DNA of 64,000 bases from Phoronis australis. Taxonomy: Eukaryota; Animalia; Phoronida. Both the position numbers and the translations under genes were made by a program. Positions 54,701 to 64,000 of this stretch are shown here, piece after piece (the first letter of the stretch is position 1; each line of letters begins with the position of its first letter). Where the stretch lies: NCBI GenBank assembly GCA_002633005.1, contig NMRA01000326.1:441372-505371 (forward strand). The letters are read 5' to 3'. Under the pieces are notes generated by a model. That model saw only the letters and a program-made list of their open reading frames with translations, was not told the DNA's origin and searched no databases.

Positions 54701-57700
54701 TGGCCACCAGTGGCGTGGGTCGTTCCGGTCGCCGGCGAGCCATGTATTTGCTATGGGCCGGGTTTATTTGTCGCTGGTTTCTCGTATGTTACCTTTTGGT
54801 ATGTGAATGGTGTTTATTGAACTTTTGTTTGTGCATTAATAAAGAGTTTCTGAAGTTCTTGCATGTATTTTGTACTGCAGAATATGCTTCTTTAGACTAA
54901 TTTACGGTTGAAACGGAGTGGTTTGCTTCTGTGTGTCCGTCTGCGAATAAGACATACGTACATTATTTGCATTTTTCGTTGAATTCACGGCATGCACAGA
55001 GCTACTTAAGGGGGATGTTCCTTGACCAATGACGTGTTGTTACCGAAGCCTTGACATCAAACTAATGAGTACACTACACTGGCAGAACGCAGTCTCATTT
55101 GGTGCACTCTAGAGGCCTCGAAATGCATTTTTGATCTACTGTAGAGAAAATATTGGTCCAGCTACTGCCGGTCCGGTTCCGGCGCAATGACCAATATTGT
55201 AATTATCTAGTGGGGTTCGCCGTCGCCCAAGACCAGGTACGGTGAACTGTCAAATATGCATTATCACAATAAAATGGTGCCATTGTAGCTTAACGAGTTC
55301 ATATTTGGGCACTGCAGGACCTGTACGAGTATAAACATGTGTTACGGTAGCGCCTTTAGTTCACAGTAGGCTTCTAACAACAGTAACTCAAAAAGCGGGT
55401 TATCAAATACAGTCGTGCCGCTTTCTCCATAAAAAGTAGCAGTTTGCATACACGTAAGGAACAATTAATTTGAGACTAATGTGTCGTAACTGTAAATAGT
55501 CTCAATGAAAAATACTCGCGGGTTGTTACACACCCATGAGCAAAAAAGCAAACCTAATGGAAAATACATGCACCAAGGACAACGCTCATAGCCTATGGTG
55601 AAGTCAACCAGGCGTGATGGTTAGATTTCAGTTTAACCATACATCTAAGTGAAAAGGACGTAAATTGATGCTTCGCCAACATCCAATTTAATCCATACCC
55701 GTAACTTTATCGCAAACACCCGGCTGCCGTTCGAAGGCGGTAAAAGCACGGCAATTCAACCGTAAATAAATCGTCAAAAGAATGTGTTTTGAAAAACATC
55801 AGTGCCTAAGATTTCACAGGTCATTATAATCAGTTACTTACGTTAGCTTCCGGCAATTGGAATTATCATATCGATCTCTATTTTGGGAAAAACTAACGAT
55901 AAATAATCACAGTCTATAGCACTGAAATGCAAGATGACTTCTTGAACGACCCAAACTTCTGGCGATCCAAGCAGCTAAAGTAAATATTGTGCAAGTCCCC
56001 CGTTGACTAAATTGTGAACTGACGCTGGTTCAAAGTTCTTGCATATTCAATATTCGATTTCATTAACTTCAGTACCGCTCGCTAGCTCCTATATACTACA
56101 GAGGGGCAAACGCTGCGATAGTCGTGTATGACATCACAGATAGGAAGTCCTTCGATCTACTCAAGTTTTGGATTCAACAGCTGGCAAAATATACTTCATC
56201 TGACATAGTCACAGCCGTAGCCGGCAACAAGCTAGACCTTAGCGATGGACGGAAAGTTACAAAGACAGGTGAGGAAATGACCAAGACCAAAAAGACGATA
56301 AACCGGTGCCAGTCGGTCTGCCAAAACATTCGTCGTAGGCAGCGTTGTGTAAGACCAAATTGTCACGACGTTCCACATTGTCGCAACATTAAAATATGAC
56401 AATGTAGGCTGCAGGTCCAAACTGGCTCCGGTTAACCACTTTATTAATCTAGACTGATTGTTCACAAGTTCAGTCAAACAAAAGGCCCGCTGCAACCGAT
56501 AAGGAAAGTTTATAAATATTTCGTGCTGCGCTATGACTCAGAAACCTTGCATGATTGATCGCTTCCAGCATATAATTCCGTATTAGTCAAGAATGACCAG
56601 CAAAAAACAAAGTAAAATTAAGACGGTCTTTTACCTCAAGCAACGGCCTCATTCGAAAATGTATTACTTCGCCTATGCGCCCGTGGATTTTAGGGTATCT
56701 GCCCTCGGATCATTATCGCATCTTTAGCACGGTAAGAGTGCCTGCCTGTCTCTGGCAGGTTCCGTCAGAGGAAAAAATTAATGTGATGTGTGCCTGATAA
56801 CAATGCTTGAGTCATGTGGTAAATGTGTGCGTCCGCGTTAAGTGTAGGTCTCCACCGCGCGATTTTGGAATACGAAAGTGCACTGCAATCCGGCGTTAGT
56901 AGACTATAGATCTACACACTAGAATTTGGCGACAGTTTGCGTACAGATGTGTACCACTACCGCTGCAACTTCAGGTATATAATCAGTTTTTAAGAAAACA
57001 GTGTTTTAATCTTGTACTTGAGGAAGCGCTTTTTCGCAAAACAGCCAATCTTTATAGCTAGAATATAACCCCCATACCATAGACTCCCACCAGTACGGCT
57101 TATATTCGAACAAAAAGTCATCCAATTATAAATTTTCTCAGATAACACATTATTTCGATCTACGAAATCTACTTCAACCTTTGCAATATGTGCTGTTTTA
57201 TTTTACTATTTAATCCAATGTGGAATGATTTCAGTCAGTCAATACTTTATCAATTGCGATAGCAGGGCCAACAGATCATGACTTACCTGGAGAAAACAAA
57301 AAAGAGCTGTCTTGATATCCGAAGAAATGCTGTGACCTTAAGTCGAATACAGAGTTATAGCCATATATTCCGCAGGGCTCGCAAATGAGTCATGACATAG
57401 AGCAAGTTAACACTTCTTGTCTTCTATACAGTTGTCGGAATAGAATCCAAAGGTGTATTAGTGGTTTACTAAATCGCTTCATTCTTAATTCATCTTACTT
57501 TGAATTTGGCAATTAGTTTTGGATCCGCCTATGTAGATGTCTCATAACTTTTACAGTTGTTATAACACTCCTAATTTAATACGTAGGCTACATAGCTTGC
57601 AGGAAGGAAAATACATCTAATGAAATATCACTTTTTATGTTTATAGAGGGCGTTGAATACGCTAACAGTTGCGGTGCACTTTACATGGAAACCAGTGCTC

Positions 57701-59496
57701 TACAATCGACCAACATACAAGGAATATTCGAGGAAATCGGTAAGTTAACAATATGGCGCCGCATACCTATTTATTGCAAGCATTTTTTATCCTGCAGCCG
57801 GTGAAGTCGGAACCACACGATGACTTGGTCTACTGAAATTCCAGAGAAACATTCGACCAAAGTAAGCACCATGTTGGTTGTAAATCACATCACTTATGTC
57901 GACCTTCAGGGGCCTACTTCATGAAAAGTGACGTAAGACTTTAGACTGAAACTTGGTCTTACGCTCCACACAACAATTTCTGAAAAATAACTGAATCTTA
58001 CTTGAGCAGAAATACAAAGTCGCTGAGAATGTACACATAACTGCTACTTACTGACATAATTTCTGTAAATTATTCCCAGACTTGTCTAGGCCTTTTTTCA
58101 ACAGTGGGATCGTAATACCAAATTTTTGTCTCAAGTATTAAATCACTTTCATGAAACTGACCATATCTTTATCCTCAGCGCTTGGCTAGATGTCGTCATC
58201 ATGTGAAGCTATCTGTCACCAGTGCTTGGCAGCAGACTTCGCGGACAACAAATGTCCTCATCCGCTGCCCACGCTTTCATTTGTAGCTGTATAAAATAAT
58301 CTACAGCAACAGTAAGTAGGCCTACTCAAGATGGAAAGGATTTGAAGACAAAAAATCCCCAGGAATGTCGAAGGATTCCACTCAGCGGAGTGGATTTGTG
58401 TCACCGTGTTAGAGGGTAGTTGACCAGCTGCTGTTCAGAGACATGGCGCATAGATTGAAAACTTTAAAGACTGAATTGTGTCGCAATACAGTATCAAAAT
58501 GGGAAATGTAGTCAAAATGACAAACACTTATGACTCATCCTATTTTACTAAAACTATATTTGTTTTAATAAATTTCACTTATTAGGAAAGTTTTGCCGGA
58601 ACAATGAACTGTAAAATTTTCTCTCAAAATATTCCCCAAGCCTATTAGCAAGTGCTGTATTCCGTAGAAGCATAGATTGGCTCAAACAAGAAACACGCAA
58701 AACGCAAGATCACGCATGGAGTAGAAGCAAAGCACGAGAACACTAACTTCTCTCGCAAGCGTCTCGCGTCTAAACGGAACTCTGTAAACAAAACGTTTCC
58801 ACATGTTAGCCTTTGTACAGACAATCACTGACTGTTCTAACCTAATATGTAGGAGGATGAATCAGAATAGAGGGACACCTTATTCACATGACCAAATCAT
58901 TGGTTATAATTATTTTCAAGGAAATTGTCAAAACTTGAATACTCAACCATGCACGCCGCAACGTGAAATCGCATTCATACTCTGAAAAAATAGTACGGAT
59001 CCGTGACTTACGTTTTCAGTTATTCCGTGGAAACGGCCTCGGAGATGGCACAGGCGATGCAACGAGAAACAAATCGATTCAAACTCATTGATGATCGCCG
59101 ACCGCTCCTTTTTTGGATAGACCGTCGGGCTGATGGTAGTAAGAGAAAAGTCTAAACTCTGACTTTTGGGCGGTTCCTTCTTTTTAAACACAATGCAACA
59201 ATTTTTAAATCCAAAAACGTTTTTATAAAGACGCCATAGTTTTCATACGGAAGGAAATTTACAAGTTAACAGGACTGAACGAATTTTGTCAAAACAAGGC
59301 ATGTAATTTGAAGTCCGGCCCTCACAGTGAATACAGATGAGACGATCTCTTTTTAGGCAGGAGGTTGACCTACGTTGAGGAAGACAATTTAAGCCGTCAA
59401 GCAAGTCAAGAGGACGTCCATTTGATTGACGTCACAGAACGGCAGTCAAAGTGTTGGTACAATGCATGCTGTTGCAGGGACAAGGATGACGACTGA
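48797..59496 (+). CDS. Rab GTPase, Rab22/Rab31-like (Rab5 group); exons 48797-48838, [exon 2 not found], 53982-54063, 56073-56268, 57647-57739, 59357-59496
   Basis: MCEETKDVKVCVIG|gtaag; ASFKTKLMTVDSMNYRFNVWDTAGQER|YRSLAPIYYRGANAAIVVYDIT..AGNKLDL; YMETSAL; last exon ..KCWYNACCCRDKDDD*. The intron positions after KVCVIG and before ASF are those I recall for Rab22/31 genes. The first and last exons are less certain than the middle three. Confidence 0.82.
50185..50475. repeat. G-rich short-period repeat (ggggaacattgggac / gggaagattgggac), ending at the N at 50476
   Basis: Directly visible runs of GGG separated by short linkers. Confidence 0.8.
50477..50803. mobile_element. Harbinger-like non-autonomous element fragment, related to 33110-33225
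   Basis: Ends in ...agagaccgggccc. It shares ttattctatgctcgagta with 33204-33221, and its right end is the approximate reverse complement of 33110-33165. Confidence 0.5.
53797..53939. mobile_element. ~145-bp MITE, copy 2 (same family as 32418-32568)
   Basis: TIRs gttcagtaacgctaggac / ggacctagcgttactgaac. The internal sequence aligns with copy 1. Confidence 0.75.
57910..58162. mobile_element. Harbinger-like MITE
   Basis: Imperfect TIRs gggcctacttcatgaaaagtga / tcactttcatgaaactgacc. Confidence 0.5.
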
Positions 59497-60600
59497 CACG
59501 GTTCACCCACACGAGACAGTCGAGACGACGACGACTGACACGGCTCGTCCACACTAGACAGCCCGCACCTTGAAGACTCACGCGGGTCGTCCGGCACCCG
59601 AGCCAGACCGGACGATCATGACTAACAGGGACAGTCCACACGAGACAGTCCGCAAATGATTCAGCAACTTAAGTTCAGTAAACAACATGAACTGTAATAT
59701 TTTCAGTTTAGCAAGCTCTAATTGTCACTTGGCTGATGACCGTCACCCAAGAGGCTTGGTCACCGAAATGTCTAAGAAATTTTTCGAAATATTTACATTG
59801 TTTGCAGAAATATACTGTAAGCCTAGGCTGACATTTTTTAATAAATTTATGGTATTCAAATGGTGAAAAGAGTCAATTGACAACAGGTGTGTGCTCGAAT
59901 GATTACACGTTTTTTAGTCTATATTTCGAATTTCCTAACACCAGAACAAATACATTGAATTTACCAGTACAGATACAGTGGCGGATCTAGGATATCACAA
60001 GGGGGGCCCAACGTGTAAGCATTTACGCAAAGTGAACCACAATTGTAGATGGGCATAGCACCGAATGGGGGAGGCCGGGAGGGGGGTTTGCCCCCCTCAC
60101 GCCCAGGAAATTTTCTGTTTTTACCTCTAAAAATCGAGCATTTTCCTTGATTCCTGAAGTATTATCCAAGAAAAAAAGGAAAAAAAAAAAAAAAAAAAAA
60201 AAGCGGAGAACGTGTCAAACAGGAAAAACTGCAAGTATCAAAGATTCGAATTCACGACCTGGCAATTACAGCGCGCTTGCAGAACCACTACACCACCACG
60301 ATTTCACTACTAATCTCATACTAAGAGACCTACTTGTTTATGGTCCACAGCGTTTGCGCGCGAAACCTACTTCTTTTTGTAATGCTTATTACACGTTTTA
60401 TATTTTGTGCCATCGATTCTTAACAAATTTGTAGTATTGAAAATAGTCTTCAAATGCCAAAATGACCAAATCCGTTTTTCGTGTTGGCAATAATGACGGG
60501 ATTGCTTTGGAAATCGTCTTAAGATAAGGTTTGACAAAGAGAGTATTGCGAGTTTCTGAGTGATTTACTAAGGCTTCGATTAAAATTCACATCTTACCAG

Positions 60601-60979
60601 NNNNNNNNNNNNNNNNNNNNNNNNNNNNNNNNNNNNNNNNNNNNNNNNNNNNNNNNNNNNNNNNNNNNNNNNNNNNNNNNNNNNNNNNNNNNNNNNNNNN
60701 NNNNNNNNNNNNNNNNNNNNNNNNNNNNNNNNNNNNNNNNNNNNNNNNNNNNNNNNNNNNNNNNNNNNNNNNNNNNNNNNNNNNNNNNNNNNNNNNNNNN
60801 NNNNNNNNNNNNNNNNNNNNNNNNNNNNNNNNNNNNNNNNNNNNNNNNNNNNNNNNNNNNNNNNNNNNNNNNNNNNNNNNNNNNNNNNNNNNNNNNNNNN
60901 NNNNNNNNNNNNNNNNNNNNNNNNNNNNNNNNNNNNNNNNNNNNNNNNNNNNNNNNNNNNNNNNNNNNNNNNNNNNNNN
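60601..60979. other. Assembly gap (N run)
   Basis: Run of n characters. Confidence 1.
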
Positions 60980-61480
60980 GAAATCGTCGGAAAATCATCG
61001 TCAACCGTCCTCTACATAGTAAGCACATACATGCCAATTTTCACAATCATCCTTTGAGCGGTTTGGTTGATAGAGGGGTGGAAGCACAAAAACAGACTCG
61101 AAAACAGTAAAAATGGCCACTAGGTGGCGCAAACTATGTCGAATCCATCCGAAAACGGCAGGATAGCGTCATCTCACTACTAGGTGCCTACATACCAAAT
61201 TTCATGAAAATCCGTTCAGGGCTTTTGAAGATACAAAGGTAAGCGTAAAAAACTAAAATTGCCACTAGGGGGCACACCGGTAGTCGGATCCATCCGAAAG
61301 TTCGCACATGCCGTCCCATTCATGAATGGAACATATGTGCCAAATTTCATGAATGTATGTCAAAGGGTTTTGGAGATAGAGCAGTGGACGCCGGACGCCA
61401 GACGCCGGACGGACGCCGCCCGGACGGACAGAGATGACGGCATAATGCGTCCACATATAAATATGTGGGCGCATAAAAAA
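60980..61480 (+). mobile_element. Helentron-associated (HINE/DINE-like) non-autonomous element, 3' part
   Basis: Tandem cores containing ccaaatttcatgaa, a ggac/gacg microsatellite, and a terminal hairpin atgcgtccacatat-aa-atatgtgggcgcat followed by an A-run. Confidence 0.55.
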
Positions 61481-62798
61481 TTGAAGTAAATTTTCTTCAT
61501 TGCACAGTGGAGCAGACGATGGAAACGGAGTCGTAGCGCACAGCGCCACTGCCGGCCGTCTGGGATATCGCGCGAGAGCCTCTACTTAGCCATAGTTCCG
61601 TTACGAATGCGCCGTGTTCAGAATTTGACACTTGAAATTGGATTTGAGCCCTCCTCAACACTAAAACTTCACACATTTAAATCTTTTTTCATCCGTATAA
61701 TTTTAATTACCAGGGTTAATTAATAAACTCAACATTACCCTACGCTCTTACGGTTTTATTTTTTGCGGCAGCCAAGGGGGGGGCCCGGGCTCCATGCCCC
61801 CCCTAAATCCACTTATGCAAATAGACTTAAATTAAAAATGTTCAGGTTGAACTTATTAGTCGTTTCTTTCAGTCAAAAATGAATTTAACCGTATCTCTTT
61901 TAAACAAAAGCTTCTTTGGGTATGTGCAAATAGGCCTAATTTTGGAAAGTCATACAAGTTGAACATATCCAGCTTTCTTTCTGGACCAGACTGTTGGAGC
62001 TGCAAGACCTATGGAGTGCAACCTGAAATATCACACCAACGTTTTGCAAGAGTTGCTGTCATACAATCATTGTGTGTTTACCTGAGAACATGAACAGAGT
62101 ACTGAGACTGAAATGATTGATTTATATTTTTATCGAGTACTACACCATTACAGCACCCCAACATGCAAGTGTTTTGGATATTAATGATTATTGAAGAAAC
62201 ATCTTGATATTGAGGATGGTTGATACAAGTTTGCCAGGCTGTGGTCTTTTACAACCAAAAAAATCTATTAATAACCAGCAGGCAACAACATCCCCGACAA
62301 TTATTATACACCTTTCCTAACACAGACTTCATAAACCAATTGCTCGTTTTCAACATTTTGAGGTAAGATATCACAAACGATCAGGACCAATAGTAGAGCC
62401 CCCAAATGAGTTTAATCTTAATATTGGTTCAATTTGCATGTGCGCATCCAGACTTGAATATGGGAGGGAGCTCGAATTTCTGATGACGTGGACCTTTTGC
62501 TAACAAAAAAACAGGACGGCTAAATAAAAAAAACCGGTTACTACCTTCAGAGCTGTAAATTGTGCGTTTGCGCCTTTTTAGTGGATTTTTGTCTCATTTT
62601 CTCGGACTTTTTGTTTCTCTGAGACAGACCTTTTTGTCCAATTCACCCTATTTTGCCCAATTTGCTCATTCGAGTTCCCCCTCTGAGACCCCCTGGGTGC
62701 GTGCATGATTTGTAATTCATGTCACAAGAAGGACAGTGATCAATAAACACTAGTCCACAAGATCCAGCACTCACAATTGGACAGTTACATGTAAAGCG

Positions 62799-62975
62799 TT
62801 AACTTGCCAACTTAAGATTGGCAAACTGTGTGGCCAGTTTGACTGCTTCATGCAGTGCACCAGTGTTGCTGCCAGTTGCCTGGGCGTTGATGTCTTTTCC
62901 ACCACCTTTGCCAGCAATCATTCCAGAGATATGTTGCACCCATTCATTGGCTTTCAGACCTTTGTTGACGGCAGC
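62799..62975 (-). CDS. AARS1: Cytosolic alanyl-tRNA synthetase, terminal coding exon (C-Ala/DHHA1 domain)
   Basis: After the acceptor tgtag, the minus strand reads [58 protein letters not shown]. This matches the AlaRS C-terminus (GLKAxEWV..GKGGGK...AQATG). Upstream exons were not found in the window. Confidence 0.93.
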   Translation of the reverse strand, partial: AAVNKGLKANEWVQHISGMIAGKGGGKDINAQATGSNTGALHEAVKLATQFANLKLAS

Positions 62976-64000
62976 CTACAATGAACACAGAAGCATGACT
63001 AGTTCAGGCAACATGCACACAAGAACAAAAACACTAAACAGTCTTACACAAAATGCTGAAAAAGTTCTTCATAAAGAACAAAATGGCAACTCGGAGATTG
63101 TGCAGAGGTCAAGTCCCCACAAAAATCAACCAGTGCTAGTGCACTGACCTCGCATATTCCTGAGTTTCATTTCTTTGAAATCATTCTGCAAAACCAATTC
63201 CTCATCCAGAAAAGCTCCCAAACAAACAATACTGAAAAGCCCTGCCCTTGCACCCAAGGCAGGAGCAGACTGAAAACTAGCAATCAACACCCTGGGTATA
63301 CCAGACACCCTTGAGTCAAATTTTATTAAAATAAGACCAGGGTTTCGTGAGTGATTCAGCAGACAAGAGGACAACCATACAAAATTTCCACTAGGGGTGC
63401 TGTAGTGGACAAATTTACTGGTCACGGCACACAGGCTCCACATACCCCAGTGACATCATACACCTCTTTGTCAAGTTTCATTATCAGGGCTTGGAATGAC
63501 CAATGACAAAAACAGGAAATTTTCCAGGTAATGTATCATTCTATAAATAAATAGGCTTATGTACAGAAATGTTTGTTTATGTTGTAAAACTAACAGCAAT
63601 GTTTTTGTATGAATAAAATCAAAATAATGATGAAAAAGAGATTGAAAAAGAGAAAAGTTTCAAGCCCCATGTCTGAAGAGAATTCACTCTATGGGGGGGG
63701 TCAAGTGTTATTAAAAAACATCCATCAGATTAACAGACATTTCCAACAACTCTTGTGTCCATTAGTTTCCTGGATATCAATTGGAACTGTTCTTCCTTCC
63801 CCAAAAGTAGTGGGAAAACACCTTATGGCCAATAGGGTGTGCTGCAGTGGTCAAATGCACCTCAGTGTCAAGTTTATGTGAAAATCCTTTTATCAGTTCT
63901 CCACATGTAATCCGGAAGTGCTCTTGTAAGTGCCGACGCACTCTTGTGTTTGTAGTCTGACTATATTCGCCATCTGTTGGTGGTTTATGTGTTTGCTCTC

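Larger units (their letters stand above)
59976..61817. mobile_element. Putative hAT-type non-autonomous element spanning the gap, with a nested HINE-like element
   Basis: Termini cagtggcggatctagg and cctaaatccacttatg are imperfect inverted repeats with G/C-run subtermini. No clear TSD. Confidence 0.4.

Noticed and set aside
57798-58430. Alternative Rab terminal exons after AG sites at ~57797 and ~58179
   Set aside because: Both hit a stop within a few codons and have no Cys motif. The exon at 59357 gives a better hypervariable tail.
60594-61037. 147-aa ORF
   Set aside because: An artefact of translating through the N gap.
61945-62085. Possible small minus-strand exon and ~60-nt intron downstream of the AARS1 stop (would read LHSIGLAAPTVWSRKKAGYVQLV*)
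   Set aside because: Splice-like signals are present, but there is no recognisable homology or link to a gene. It cannot be supported without transcripts.
62818-63147. 109-aa plus-strand ORF
   Set aside because: It is the antisense shadow of the AARS1 terminal exon.

Overview
AT-rich genomic DNA from an invertebrate animal, with spliceosomal GT-AG introns and draft-assembly gaps at 8326, 50476 and 60601-60979. I could reconstruct five host genes by hand: the last 7 exons of TMEM67/meckelin (+); a 3-exon patched-domain (PTCHD3-like) gene (+); a complete 12-exon secreted CBM39+GH16 beta-1,3-glucanase/glucan-binding protein gene with its catalytic motif intact (+); a Rab22/31-like GTPase with an atypical C-terminus and no visible second exon (+); and the last exon of cytosolic alanyl-tRNA synthetase (-). 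Introns and intergenic DNA are rich in mobile elements. These include a frameshifted hAT transposase, two LINE RT fragments, a solo LTR, several MITE/HINE-type elements and many minisatellites. The most notable system is three internally deleted Kolobok-type DNA transposons (TTAA target duplication, ~158-bp TIRs). Each carries two convergent ORFs: a THAP-domain transposase N-terminus and a KolX/P2X7-ballast-like Cys-rich protein. The TIRs hold a conserved ETS-CRE plus E2F-like motif pair. There is no CRISPR array or prokaryotic system. All family calls come from motif recognition by eye, not from database searches.
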